From assembly GCA_964036045.1 (NCBI GenBank), contig OZ038379.1:4340001-4404000 (forward strand): a DNA stretch of 64,000 bases. Direction: 5' to 3'. The notes under the pieces are model-generated. The model was not told the DNA's origin and did not search any database. It saw only the letters and a program-made list of their open reading frames with translations. Positions 22,001-37,000 of the stretch are shown here, one piece after another. A program made the translations under genes and the position numbers. The stretch's first letter is position 1. Each line of letters starts with the position of its first letter. The DNA is from Eutreptiella sp. 'Long Island Sound 2002' (Eukaryota > Protista > Euglenida).

Positions 22001-25000
22001 TTGAGCCACCCGTAATTTTTTGGGGGGGGGGGGGGGGGGGGCTGATTTGGCCAACGGGCCGTTGTTGGCAGGGCCACGTCCAGGGTCGCCCCTCGGGTGA
22101 CGCCGCATCAGCACCCTGGCGCCCGGGGAAAGCCCATCCCCCCTTCGAAGCCCAGTCCATTCCATTGCAGCCCCATGTACAACCCGTGTCCACTTCCGAC
22201 GCACACTGCCATGCAGTCATTGCCCATCCCCCCCCCTCTCTGGAAGTACCCACCGGCGCACGTACTGAGCGTCCTTGGCCATGCCGCGCCCCCATCTTGC
22301 ACCAGCGGGGGAGGGAACGCCACAGGGGGCAGTGGCTGCAGTTGTGGGCAGTCGGACACGCATTCCACTCTCACCCACACAACTGCACCCCCACCCTCCC
22401 AAACACAGCGAGCAGCGGTGGCAACGCAACGCCAAAGCATCGGCTGCCTACATACAGCCCGGGGGCACGCCTCCACAAAATGGTTCACCGAACCCCCCCC
22501 CCCCCTTCTGCCCTTAGAGGGCGGCGAAGGGCAGGAAAAGGGGTTGAGGACAGTCAGGCACACGAGACGTGGTGCTCAGCAGCGTGCTCGGGCTGCACCA
22601 TCAGGGTAGGTATGCAGGAGTGATGGAGATAAGAGTGACGGAATTATTTTGGTGGGGGTGGGGGGGGCTCTGAGGGGCCCGAGATGACGAAATGACGACT
22701 ACGAAACTCCTGTGTCCCTGTTATTGTAAAGGGTAATTTTGGCGCCGAAGCTGCGGAATCTTCCTTCTTAGAGGCCGAAAGTGGTCCAAAATCTCGAAAA
22801 AATTTCTTTCAAAAGATGTCATGAGGCCCATCAAATAGATCAGTGGCATGTGCTGAGCACGGAGTGGGCCAAAAATCAAGGGTCAAAAGTGAAAATTGGC
22901 CCAAATTGGCCGGCCAAATTTCGCCATCGTCATTTCGTCATAGGGGGGTAGGGGTGTGGCACGAGGCCATGGTGTTGGTCTGTTTGCCTTTGGCGGCGCC
23001 TATTGGCCTCTCGACACTGCACATCCCGACCCTCTGTGGGTCCGAATGTGTTTTGGTTGTGTCAACGGAGCCCCTGGATGACTTGTCCTGTTTGGCTACT
23101 CCGGGGTCAGCTGTCCCAGAGATGGGCTGTTGCCCGTGCCGTTGACCAGGTGCATCCAGATGCACACTCCGCGTCCATGCTGGGTTTGCCGACTCCACCA
23201 CTGATGTGGGCGCGCTGGTGTGTGCATCTGCAAGATCATTTTCCTGACAGGGGCTTCTAACAACCACAATGTTTCTTTCCCTTTTGTCCTTTCCTATGCC
23301 TCCTTCTGCGCTCTGCACCATTTTCGGCGAGCGCGGTCTGCCCTGCCCTGTAACTCCCCTTGTGTTCCCCTTTCCCCCTGCCCAGTTTCCTCTGGGCTCT
23401 CCCTGTTATTCCTGTCCTGGGGGAGTAATGGGCGGTGGCGGGGGCTCTGGGGACGGGGGACCCCCCCACCCTGTATCCATCCCTGGTATGCAGGAGCGCT
23501 GGTGGAGTTTCCATGTGCTTTGCGGCCCCTCCCTCTGCCCTCCACGGCCCAATCTACAGCGCTGTCCTGTGCGTCACACAGTTATTCTACACGTGCAAGG
23601 CCGCCATATGTGACGTGCTGAACAAGCTGGTGGACCTCCAGAACGTCCGGGTCAGCGACGGCGTCTTCGTGGCGTACCGGCGCGGCGAGAGCCCGCCCCA
23701 GTTCTCCTCCGTTACGAGCTACGTCGGGGGCGTCCGGGAGCACCTGGTCAAGGACCTGCTCTCCATCCTGCCACTGTGCATGGAGCAGAAGGTCCCCACG
23801 CTGGTGCAGCCCTTCCTGAAGCTGCTGTTCAGGTGTGCGGTGGCCCGGATGGTGCGGCACTGAGCCCCCAGCACCTCCCCTCCGGATCTCACACACCCCA
23901 GGCCGGTTCTTGCAGTGGTATGCAATATTCAGGGTGGAACGGTCGCCGGTTCGAAACCTGGCTGATAACCTCTAGATCCTCCCGGAGGCGTCCCCCCGGA
24001 GGTGCTGTCCCAGGGGTCATCGCTGCCCCAGCCAATGGATCTACACCCACGTCCCACCCTGGCCCCGCCACCTCGCCCCTACACCCACCCGGCGGACCTT
24101 CGTCTCCACAGGCCCCGCGTTGCATCCTCTGCGATTTGCGCCGACAACCCCCTCACCCCCACTTTGACCCAGGGGAAGCCGGGTTTTCAACTCGGGGGGG
24201 GGGGGGGGGGTCCAATAAAGCCTCCAAAACTGGTGTGCGTGGGGGGGGGGGAGGTTCGGGAAAAGGGCTTTAGTGACAGGGTCATTACTCAGTTATGATG
24301 AACTCTGGCGCCAGTGGCGCCGAAAATTTTTTGAGTATTGAAAATGGTCTAATTTGTTTTACCAAATACATGGCAAATGATGACTTTTCTGAACCCCCTT
24401 GACGCACTGATTCCAAAAATCCCATTTTCACTTTTTTGCCGAAATTTGCTTCTGGGTCACCTCCAGGGCTCGGGGGTCAGTCTGGGTAGGATTTTGGAGG
24501 GGCCGTCAATTCAGCTTTTTTTTTTGCGGGGGAGGGGGGTCTAGCCAAAGGGCTGTATCGACCCTCCCCCCCCCCCCCCCCCCCGAAGTTGAAAGCCCGC
24601 CCACCCCAGGGGTTTTCACCCACGGTACAGGGCACCCAAGGAACATCTTGGACGGCCGCCAGCGATGGACTGCCAACCGCCGGCGTTTGACTGCCAACCG
24701 CCGGCATTTGACTGTCAATCGCCGACGGTTGACCACCACCCGCCGACAGTTGATGGTCCACCGACGACCAATTCGCGGTTGTTGGCCGTTGTCTCAGCGT
24801 TTTCTGTACCAAAATGCCGGGTTTTGTACGGCCGCTGCTTTGCACTGTCATTCTTCTTCCAGGCCCCCCAAGGGAGCGGAGAATCGACCGTAGGCCACGG
24901 TCATGACGGATTGCAACAGTTCCCAAGGGCCCGATTTGGAGGCCAGTTTGGGCCTAAATATTTGTAATCAACGACCTCGATCACAGAGCGGGCCCCACAA

Positions 25001-28000
25001 GGGACAAACCACTGGGCACCGGTCGTGCGGCAACCCTCCACACTCCGGACGGACCTTGACCGCCAAAGCGCGGGTCATACATGTCACTGGGCACTGGTTG
25101 TGCAACATGGGACCCGAACGGCCTTTGAGAGGGGGGGGGGGACACGAGCCCAGCCTGACAACATGACAGATGCCCCATCAGGGGCGCCGTGGTGTAGGTG
25201 GATTGTCGTGCACGGCGGGCTTTGCCTCTCAAGTGGTCTCGGTGGGGGGGGGGCTCGTTGGTGCTAGGTGAGCTCCTGGTGCTCTCTGTGTTCTCACACT
25301 GTCACCAAAGGATCGCCCACATCTGTCCAAGAGCCCCCCGCAGGTTTTCGGGCGCCCAGAGATCGCAACTTCTTTTTTCAGCCGATTCATGCCAGTGACC
25401 AGGTGCTTGGGACTCAGTCAAGCCCCGCCCTCCCCAGGGCCCTTCGGCTGCCGGCTGGTGGTCAACCAATGGGCTGTGCATAGATGTTGTATCCCCCGGG
25501 GCCAGTTTTCGGACGGATAGTGCGCGGTGTGTGTGTGGAATGGGGGATAAGACCTGCTGATGCCAGCGTCACATGGACCCAGTACTCTCACATCAAGTCA
25601 GGGACGCATGTCTGTCAGGGATGCCGTTCCGACTCCATTCCACCAACACACACTGTCGTGCCGGGGGCAGGGGCCAGAGGGCAAAGCTGGGCCCATATCA
25701 CACCGCACTGGCCCTTGTTGTCCCATCGCCTGCTTGTCTTCAGGGTCTTCGGGGCCAAGTTTGATTTATACTGCGAACTGCAGCGGATCATTGCCCTCAC
25801 CTCTGAACAGTCCGTGAGGTTTTATCAGCAGGTCCTGTGCGCTTTGCTGCAACGCCCACCAAGTTGGTGCATTGGGGCGGTGGGGGGGGGGGGCGGGGGG
25901 ATTCAAGGGCCCCAAACAACAATTGTGCTGACATTTGGTGCCGCTGTTGGGAAACTGTCCTTTTTGAAAGTGCAGAGGGATGGGGCGGGGTCAAGCCCCA
26001 ACAGGAAGCAGCATGCCGCAGCGAACCAATGTCTTGTTGCCGGTACCAGTGGTGACGCTCCGTCTCCCAGTACAACATCACATCCTGGACGGATGCACCG
26101 ATTGCACCGTTTTTCACGGCCGCTGGTGTATGCTTTCTCTGTGACTGCACACATGTCAAGTGGTGAGAGCCCGGCGCTAAGGAAACCACACGGAGTACTT
26201 TGGATTGTCTGCAATGGGCAAATTTTTCGGAAGGCATCGGTGAACCTTTGCGCCCTCACTGATCCACAGAGTCAGGAGAACGTGGGCGGATTCATTTCCT
26301 GCTTTGTGCCCTGTGGCTGTCAACAAAGGGCGCAGTGTTGACGGATCACGCCGGGGGGGAGGGGGGATTGAGGTCCGCAATTTACTGCAATTTTACCGCA
26401 ATTTTTCAGTGATGCCTCTATTCAAAAATTTCATTTTCCCCCTGAGGAAAAATCTTTCTCTCCCTTCGCTGTCACTAGGCACACTGTACGTGTATGTGCT
26501 CTCATCTGTCCTGCATGTCATTTGTGTGGCAGGACGCTTTTCTGTTTTTGTGTTCCCAAAATGTCGTCCACTTCTGGGGACAGTGATTCGGGCAATGGCA
26601 AAAGGCCAGTGAAGCGTGGCAAAGGACAGGGTGGCCAAAAGGCACGTTATGCCACACAGATATGCATATGTGGGGACAGAATTTAGGGACATAACTGGTC
26701 CTGAACACCTCCTCCAGTGGTAGGGAGGCCCGCCCTGCATGACCTTTCAAAGACCGTGTCCTTTTCCTCGTTTGCATCTTGATGGGGACTGGCTCTGTGG
26801 AGCCTGTTGCAGAATCTCTTGTGTTTTACGGCCAGAGAGGTATCTAGCTGCAGTGCGTTCTTGCTATTGCTATCGTGGCGTATCTCTTGATGTGAAGCCT
26901 GCACACCGTGCGGGGGGCCATGGATGCTCCCTGTCCCTCACAGCGGGTCCCTGACCCCCAATCCTGTTGTCCCTCAGCCCCGTCGCCGTCACCCTCGCCC
27001 CCCCCCCCCCCCCCCCGCAGGCCCAACTCGTCATCTCCGGCCTCCGCAACACCCAACTCGACAGCAGCGTGACACGGGCCTCGAGGTTGGTGGGCACGCT
27101 CGCCCGCATGTGCTCCATCGCGAAGGTTACCAAGAGCTACGATTCGGTCCACACGTGCCAGAGCCTAGCGCCGCAGAGCGACAGCAACGAGGGCTTTCCT
27201 GAGGACGCGTGCAACGCGTGTGTGGTGCAGGTGGAGCTGTCGCAGCGGCAGCAGATCCTCGGCCATTTGGGGTCCCACAAGTACATTATGGACGTGCTCA
27301 AGCGCCTGCCGTTGTATTCCCTTGGTATTCACTGCGCAGGGTTGGAGTTTCAGGGGTACACCATAGGGTATAAACGCAAACCTGTGACATACTCAAGGAT
27401 TTTATCTTTTCTTCCGACTTAGCTCTCACGTTGACGGGTGTACGGTCACAGACTCAAGCACGGCGGGCCACGCGGTGACAAGAAGAAAGCAACACAAGGA
27501 AAACCTTTCGAAAAAAAACAGGCAACCGAAAAAACTGACCTTTCCACATTGGACGTAACTAATGGACCTAACGTTACTGATCAAGTCGTGTAGCGTAGGG
27601 CGCCGGAATCGACTTTGCATGTGAGCGCGCACGCATTGTGTCAATGCGCCTTGGATTTTTTGGCACAATCCTTGTGCTTAGTGTTCGGTCTGCGGGAAGG
27701 GGGGGGTATGAGGGCAAAAAAAAGTTTGTGTACCCAAAATGGGCCTCTCATTTTGGGCTCTATTCAAATTTTCATTTTTCCCCAGAGGAAAATTTCTTTG
27801 GTGTTGGGTGGGGGGGTAGTTTGGCCTGGGGGGGCTGGATCCACCAGATCACCCCCGCCCCGCCCCCCTCCCCCTCTCCATAAGCACATCCCTGGGAGGG
27901 TGTTCTTTTTGCGGACGCCGTCTGCGCCTGGCGTTCCTCGGCTTGCCTGCCGGGCGTCCGCTCTGTGCAACGCTCCAGCCACAGCCACAGCCTCATCGAC

Positions 28001-31000
28001 AACCGGATAGCGAACATGGGGACGCAAGCCACGACACATACACACAACCACAAATGCAACGGCGTGGCATTCACAGCAGGACAGCTGTGGGTTTGCAGCG
28101 GAGTTGGTGGGCATGGTGCATGGCCTTGTTTACCCGCATGAAGGGGGTATCCCTCCACCCCGTTTTTCGTGACGCTCGGGGGCAAACCTCCGACAGCAAC
28201 TCAACCATTCATTATGACGGCATCGGTTCGGGGCGGGGGTGGGAAGGTAGATGGGTTGTTCGAAGGGAAGGGGGGGGGGGGGCTCAACAGCCCTATGCCC
28301 CCCCCCCCTGCCGCCCTTTTCACACTGGCCCTGTGGTGCAAATTCCCGGATCAGGGGTGTAGAGCGCCCTCCGAAACTGATGGTCTGCGTATGACTGACT
28401 GTGAAGGGGGGCAGCACAGGGGGCAGTGGCTGCAATGATGAGCAGTGGGACAGACATTCCACTCTCACCCACAGATTGCCCCGCCCCGTCCCCCCAGAAC
28501 TGACCTCGACCAGCAAAAGCTACAGCACCCATCAAAAGATTGAATTGCATGGTAACCCCCCAGCCTTCGTGGACCTCCCCCCCCCCCCCTCTGCCACACA
28601 CATACTGCAGTGGGGGACCTCGTGTGGTAGATGCACAAACAGAGCCCTCCCTTGCTTTCCTTGGCAATACCCACACACCACCCGAGACCACAGTGCCAGG
28701 CTGTTTTGCTTTGATAGTTGGCAAGAAGTCGCCCCCCACCCCCACCCCCCCGCACCTCCAGGGTGCGGGGGGGGGGGTGGCTTCATGCCGTGTATGTATG
28801 CTTTTCCACAAACCATTGAATCCAGTGGCCACAACTGCCCCCGCCAACGCCCCTTTTACCTGTTGCATCCACCCGCCAGATAACCCCAGGGTATCGCGTA
28901 CCCAGTGGATCCGCATGCGACAGGCTCCTGTAACATGTACCAGTCCCTAGTGGAGTTACCTGATGGAGCTCCAAAGGGCCGTGCACACCTGCACGGGTGC
29001 CCGTGTCCCCCAGGCGCATGCACAGGCGCACGCCTCAGGGGAGCTCCTCCTCACGCAGGTACGGCTGTGTGTAGGTCACGGGCTCAGTACAAGCTCCAGA
29101 TGCCGGAGGTGTTGGGCTGGATTGCAGCCTCAGACTGCTCATGTGCACCTCAGCCCAGCCGGTGGGGGGGGGAGGGGACGCCTCGCAATGATCCAGCGTT
29201 TGTGTGTTGCAGGCGCCTGCGCATGTCATGGACTCAGATGCATGCCCTATGCAGGGCTGTGCTCAGTGTTTGGCCTCCGGGACGGGGGGTGGGTCCAATG
29301 GCAAAGAAAAGTTTACCTAAGTGTACCTAAAATGGGCCACTCATTTTTGGCTCAATTCAAAATTCATTTTTCCTCAGAGGAAATTTTTTGTGGTTTTTGG
29401 GGGGGGGGTTGGTTTGGCCTTGGGGGGGTGGGTCTGCCAGATCCGCCCCCCCCCCCCTCGTGCGTGGATACTGAGGAGTGCATTACCTCAGTTGCAATTT
29501 TTGCCTGCACTGTCTGTCTGTCTGTTTTTCAAATTTCAATCCAATCTCTTACACCCCCCCCCCCCGCGTGGATAAGCACATCACTGGTCCTGCGCCCCTC
29601 AGGTGAAGACCAGTATGAGCTGCTCGTGATGTGCCTCTCGTACGTGGAGAGCTTCTGCTACCGCAACAAGACCAACCAAATCATCATCGCCCGCAATGTG
29701 GACGTCCTGATGCAGCGCCTGGGCAACCCCGGGGGCGTTGCGGCCCTCAGTGCCATCTACCGGGACAACTACCAACTGTGCCTGGACCTGAACCACTCCA
29801 CCATCAGCACCTTCTGCGAACTCATGGTCGCCGGCGAATTCCCGCGCCCCGAGTTCATGCGGCTGCTGAAGAACCTCATCAGCGTCAACGGCCGCATCTG
29901 TACCCACACGCAGGCGATGATCCTGCGCTGCCTCTTTGAGAAGCACCACAACGGCGATCCCATTTTCTGGTGCGCGTGCCGTGTGTGCCTCACGTTGGGT
30001 GTGTTGTGGGTGGGTGTGCTGTCTGTGCTACTAGAGAGCGGCCCCAATGCCCCCCCGTCACCAACACGCATTGCATGTCTTCTCCCCATGTATTTCGCGT
30101 GCCCTGCCGCAGATTTGGGGATTGGCCTTGTGCCCCTCCACTTGGACGCCCCGCGCCCACGGCGAGGGCTGTTGCCCTCCTCCGTGTGGACCCGACACGG
30201 AGCAGTGAAACAGGGACAGTCTGGGGACTCCGTTGGCACAACCTCCCGGAGGCAAGGGAGGGGGAGGAGGGAGGTAAGGATAGGCCAGGCAGGGGGAGGG
30301 AGGGCACGGGGGGGTGAGAGGCCCATGGGTATCACCGCCTTTGGAGGGAAAGGGGTCAAGGGAAGGGCAAGGGTAAGTGGCGAGAGGCCAATGGGCGCCG
30401 CCCGCTGCAGACAGCAACACCACCGGGCGTCATGCCACACACACCCGCCCTCGAAGCCGGGGGGCTAGGGCTGTGCCAATGCACCCCCAGCAACAGGGTG
30501 AAGGTCACGTGGCATGGAACAGCCACGCCACGCCCCAACAGATCCGACCAACGTCCAAAACATGAGTCCGTCTATGTACGGCGGTGGAATATAGCACTGC
30601 TCTTGCCCCGGCCGGGGAGGCCGGGAGTACGAACATTGGCAGGCTACCGCACTGGGACTGAAGTGAGATTGCAGGGGAAGCCGTGTGGAGGCAGGTGCGG
30701 CTGGTGCACAGGCAGTCCCAAACTCAACGCCCACCCCATGGAAACTCTTGCTGCAGCTGTGGTCATGGATCTGGGGCCTCCAACGCCTCTGGCCATTTTG
30801 CCCGACCCCTGTGCACCATCCCCCGCTGCGGGCACGTCGTTCAAGGAGCAGTCCAAATTCGGGGGGTGCCTGCACCGGGACGTAGGAAGGTGTTGGGGGG
30901 TTCGAGGGCCTCAGAAGGCCAGTGGGGCACCCGTGTGTGGGGCAGTCATCGCTCTGCCCCCCCCCCTACACACACACACCACTTGTTGCCCCCACTGCCT

Positions 31001-34000
31001 TCTTTTTGGAACACCCCCCCCACCCACCCAGCAAGCCACACATTGGTGAGCTAGCACCCATGGCCTTGTGTGACATGCACGTTGCTGGTTGTGGTGAGCA
31101 CCTCCCAGCCTGGGGTCTTCGTGATGACCGCATACCAGGCAGGCACTGATCAGGCCGTCAGGGGAGGACGCCACGGGCAGAAGTTGTATTCTGGATTCCC
31201 ACCCAGGCAGGTGGATGCCCGCGGCAGTGCGGATGCCCGCAGTAGTACGGATGCCTGCTGCCTGCTTGTCATAGCAGAAGGTTCAATGGCGAGAGGCCAA
31301 TAGGCGCCGCCACAGGCTAATAGAGCCAACCACCAAGGCCTTGTGCAAACCCCTACCCCCCCCACACACAACTGAGGTTCAACCAGGCATGGCATAGAGA
31401 ATAAAGATGCACTTATGCCATGCTGAGGAGTGCATTACCTCTGTCTGTTTTGCTGCTCTGTTTCTGATTTTCTCTCTTTAGTTCAATATCTCTCTCATAA
31501 TTTAGGTCTCACCCCCCCCAAACCTCAACTAACCCCCCCCCCCCTGGCGCCCATCGCCCCTCAGAACCAACGTGGACACACAAGCCGGTCGTGCGAAAGA
31601 CATCACGTGTGTACACGTCACGTGAATGCGCATATCTCTCTCTCCGGGTGGTACTGTGCATAGGCCATCTTCCTGGTCTTGTCGGAGTCAACGGCGCTTG
31701 TCGTGGTTTGTCCCAAAAGGCGGGTTGATGGATCTCAGTGGTCCAGTACTGAACAGGCCTGAAGTTGGGCCCGACGCTTTTTGAAAATCTTGAAATCTGG
31801 TTTTCGCTGCAGGATGACGTAAATTTGCGATTTTGGGGGAAAGCAACGGCCCAACTGAAGTGACACACAGCAGAGCTTGCTTGCCCATGCGCTTATGTCC
31901 TCCTCAATGCATCGTCACCCATGCCCCCCTCTTCGCAAGTGACGTGGCTGGTTTTCGTGTTCCGTTCTCGTGTCGTCTTCCGCTCCCAGTGCAAGGCTTG
32001 CTTGCTTTGTGCCTGTGCCCCCCTCGTTGTCCCTCTGGTGCAGGTTCTACTCGTCCCCTGACAAATGTTTTGAAGTGCTGGAGCATGAGTCTGGGGCGGA
32101 TGGGGAAGTGCACTATCATTTGGAGTTGATCGACTGCCTGCAGCTCTGTGCTCAGCAGCGAGACTCTGACATCAGGGGCCGCATCCGCACTCTGTTGTCG
32201 CAGGTGGGAACATGCGTGTGTGTCTGTTGTTTGTGCTGGTGGGTGTGTATGCCTGCGTGGATGTGCACGTGCATGTGTATGTGTATGTGTATGTCTGTGT
32301 TTGGTATGGCATAGGTCCATAGGCATGTGCCTAGATGTATGTGTATGTGCAGGTGTAGTTGTTTTGAAGGTTGTATCTGTGCGGGCACAACGTGCATCAA
32401 TGCACACGCATCTACTGTCAGGTTGTGCGTGTGCATGAGGATGGTGACGGTTGGTGTGTCCGTCGTGAGGCAGGTGCATGTGTAGTACACAGCAAGAACA
32501 AAGGTAGGAGTCTGCACCCGTTGCCTGCCGGGCCCCACGGGGCAGAAAAGGGAGCCTCAGGGGAAGTTCCCGAGCGCGCTGATCCGTGCTCAGCCCCCCC
32601 CCCCCCCCAGACCAAGAAGTGGCGTCCTCAGCAGGGCTTCTTTAGAATAATTAAAAACCAAGGGGGGGGGACCCCTCCCCCAAAACCCCCTTCCCCCCTC
32701 CCCAGACCAAAGTGACCATAGTGGGAAAAAACGAAATTTACAATAGGGGAAATCTGGTCAGGCCATTTTTGGTACACCAAGTTTTGGGTCCAAAACCCCC
32801 TCCCCCCCTCCCCCCCCTGCTCAAAAGAAGCCCTGGTCCTCAGGCGATAAGCCGAATACCACCTGGCAGCCTTTGGCCCGATTCAGGGAGGGGAGGGAGC
32901 AGCACACTGGGATGGCAATGAAGCCGTGTCAAGGCAGGCGCGGCTGGAGCACAGGCTAGGGCTGGGCCCACACCTGACCTTTTGAGGCCTTCCTCTTGCC
33001 CGGGCACCAATTCATGCTGAACCCCCCCCTTCGATCCTTTGGGGGCGTACCGTGCGCTGTGCGCGCGCTGTGCACGCGCTGTGCGAAAAGTTGGCTGTTC
33101 TCCACCACCGGGAGTTCGGTAAGTTCAGAAGATTGAGAGGACGTCATTGAATGGCTGCTGCAGTGGACGGGGCTACAGGGGGCAAATTTTAGGTCCCTGG
33201 GACCCATGGCAAGCATCAGATGTTTGAATTTTTGAGTTTTGAATTGATTGTGCATGATTCCTCAGGTTTGTGGTTTTCGGGGTTGTTACCTGGATATTCA
33301 CCGTAATAATTGGCGCTGTGCCCGCGCTGTGCGAAAACGCCCCCTTTGTTCCCCCCTCGTTTCCCCCGTTCCCCACGCCGTTGCATTTCTTGGCCCGGGG
33401 ATGAGTCCCGCCGAACACGGGGCGCAGCCGGTCCCCACGGCGTGCCACAGCAGCGGCCGTTGCTGAGTGCCGCACAGTGCGGCCGCTGCTTCCCAACGAG
33501 ACCCAGACACCCAGGCCCCTGTGCCGTGTCGGCGCGCGACTCCTCCGCCTTCGGACCGCGCGCACCCCTTCCCCTGCCCCTCAGGACCTGACGCTGGACA
33601 TTCTGGCGGACAAACGCCTGCCGCCCCGCTTCAAGTGCCCCTACGTCCGCTTCTTCCAGCACGTGTGCGCCGAGGACCCCGCGTACAACAAGTGGGACCG
33701 CGTCGCCGCCTCCCTCCTCCAGTGGCTGCGGACGTTGGTGACGGAAATGCAGGTGCCCGCCCCCGGGGGCCGGCAAATCGGGGGCGTCCAGACGCCGGGG
33801 GGACATGGCCAGGGCCCCAGGCGATGAGGGCTCACCTGCCGCCGTCATGGAAAGGGCACGTCGCCCGTCAACTGCCACTCCCGTCGGGTACCCCAGAAAC
33901 AACAGGCCACATGCATCCCACCTTCAGTCCACGTTGACGAGTGGGGCCACATCTATTTCTCCGTCAGTGCCCTGTTCCTTTGACCGGGGGTTTCCTTTTC

Positions 34001-37000
34001 ATTTCTTTTTCCTCGTTTTCCTCGGGCACATGGACCCAGGGCCACAACCAGGGAAGTGGTAGAATGGCCGTGCACCGTAGGAGGAGGGGGGTGCCCCTCT
34101 TTCTTGACCCCTCTCCCGCCAGACCAAAGTGACCACAAGGGACAACAACGAAATCCCCCCCCCCCCTGTCTAAACTACGGCCTTGTCTAAGCTACAGCTG
34201 GCGTAGGGACCGTGTTAATTCTGTACCTAATTTGAGACAGTCCGAAATGTAGTGCAACTGCATAAGATATGGTTTTGGTGACAAATCTGCCAATTACATG
34301 GAGTCATGGGCACATTTGTTGCGATTGTTTGCTCACTTGAACCCACAGAGCTCTGATTTTGGGTATATTTGTGCATTATCTTCCCCTTTCTTGGTGGTGG
34401 CGTGTGTGCCGGTGTTCGTATGTGTCGCGCGCAAGCTATGGCCTTGTCTAAGCTACAGTAGGCGTAGGGACCGTATTGATTTGGGACTTTTTTGTAGCTT
34501 GGACAAGCGGGGGGGGGGTTACATTAGCGAAAATCCGATCAGGCCATTTTTGGTACACAAACTTTTGTGTCCCAGACCCCCCCTCCCCCCCCCCCTTCTA
34601 CTACTTCACTGGCCCTCAACTTCCCAATCTGTGTCTTGGTCCGCCGGTCACGGCCGAGGGTTGGTGGGCGGCGGGATCAGGGCAAGGTGCCCGGTGTTTC
34701 CTGGGGACTACTGGCCCATGAAGAAGGTGCAAGCGGCAGTTGTAGGGCCACACCAGTCAGTGGGCCCAGAAGGGCCCGAAAGAGACATCACAATGCAATG
34801 CAGCGGTCGTACAAAACAGCGACGGCCGCACTTTCTCAAAAAAGACAAAACCAAAGCCGCCCCTTAAGGAACGCCCTGCCCCAGAGTGCAATTCACAGTC
34901 CGGGAAAGGGGGATGGGGATGGGGATGGGGATGGGGGTGGGGGGGGAAGAATGGCCGGAGGGGATTGCAGAAGGAAGACGGGCAGATGCAGTGCTCTGTC
35001 GCATTCCCCTGGGACATGTGTGCAACACGCCGGGCACGGCCTTAGTACGACTCTGAGGCCACATGGGGGCACGGTGGGGGGGCACCCAATTAAGGGGAGC
35101 CAAGCAAATAAGCGAAGGTGGGGGTGGAGTCGTTGGTAGCCTTGCCCAGCTGAACACGGCCACCCCCCAAGAGCTACAGCGGGGGGAGGGATTTTCGTGC
35201 CAAGTCAAACTCGCGGCGGTGAATTTCGCTGTGGGAAGTGTCGCGGAAGCCCCTGGATTTTGTGCCGTAAATTTCGCAGACACTCCCAGAACTGTTGTGG
35301 TGTGTGGGGCTTGGCAGGCTTAGCCGCAGGTGCCAATTCCGCGGAAGACCCTGGATTTTGTGTGGGCAATTTTGCAGCCGATTTGCACCGCAAAATTTCA
35401 CACACGAAGTTGACTGGCCCACAAAGCCCCCCCCCCCCCCCACCCTATACTGGATTGCATTGCCTCAAGGGCACTTCAAAAGGGAGTGGGAAGGAAGGAT
35501 GCTGCAAATGGGTGTGTGAGGGGGATCAAGGAGGTGCCTGCGAGCCGGGAGGGACTCCCCATCGCCTCCCTTTACCTCTACCTCCCCGAAAACACAGTGG
35601 GCCCCATCCAATCAACACGAGGGCCACGGTAATGACCCCATGTACAAGTTGGACGAATGGTCTGCCTTCGCGGTTTGTGTCGCTCGGATTCGGGAATTCG
35701 ACATGAGAAATGTGCCCGCTGGTCCTTGTGTGTGGTATCATTCTGCATGCCGCCGCTCGCGGGGCCATCCCTTCCATGCTCTCTAAGCTTTGCACACGTG
35801 CCCCCTGTAGTCTGCACACGGAGTCTAGAAATGCTCAGAAACAACGCCAAATGTTGTTTGGACAGTCGTGTCGCCTGCCCGCTACAGTGCCCACAATCCA
35901 CATTTAGTGGACTGCAACTCCATTTGAAGAGCACACCACCGAGAGCGAAGTCCACCGCCAAAACCCATGGTGCCAATACTGACGGAAACAGACGTGGGCA
36001 TGCTCGCCAGGCCCCTTCTGCGGAGCCGAGCCACCATTTGTGTTCTCTCCCCATGTGACCCAGTTGAGTGCTGTGCGCAGACGGACGAGGAGGGGCTCAA
36101 AGGCCGTGACCATTTTGGCGTCAAACTGGGAACTGGGGGCGGGCGGTCCCAGGTGAATGAGGCACGTCCTGCCACGGACTGCCATTGCTGGGCCTTGGGG
36201 CCTCCATTCTCCTGTCCCTTGTGCCTGCATTTCGGAGAGCCCCATCCCACGCGTGTTGTGCCCTAGACTTTGTACCAGAAAGTGCAAGAGTCTCCGCAGC
36301 AGCTTGCAGCCAAAGACAGCAAAATCTGGCAGAAGGGGCCTGAGAAGGTGACGGATGAGGCGTATTTGTATCACTACATCATCAGGTGACGTATTCCTGT
36401 GCCCGCGCTCGACTGAGGGACTGGGAGGATACGGGTTGAGGTAAAGCTTCATGCTGGTTGTTGGGCGGTACAGGGCTGGTTATCATTGACGGGGCTGGAT
36501 CCGAGGGACATTCAGATGGGGCAAGGGATAGAATCTATCTAATTTGTCTTTGCATGTGACAGTGGCCGAACACACAGATTTCCAGATATCACAGTGGCTA
36601 GATCCCGGAGTGCTTTGAATGCAACAGCGGCTGGATCCTACCAAGCCTTGCACGCGACGGGGGCTGGATCCCGCTCAGTCCTGGAATCGGCGATGGTGGG
36701 ATCCTTAACCCCTTTTAATCTTGTCTACCGCCTAATTTAACATGGAAGCCAAGTCCCCTTCATTCCTCAACTGTGATTTTCCAACCTGAGTATCACCCTC
36801 TCATTGCGTGCCACCGTGGCTGGAGTTGTGGTCAGAGATCCGCGGCGCCTCGGATGCCAAGGGTGTGGGTCTGAATGCTCGACATTGTCACTGCAGGAGC
36901 GCACTGCCCTGCCTCAAGGAGATCTTGCTGAACGGGGATCTCCTGCGCCAAGTCCTGAAGGCGGACCAAGAGTCTGCCCGGGTCCTGTGGCAAGGCGCCG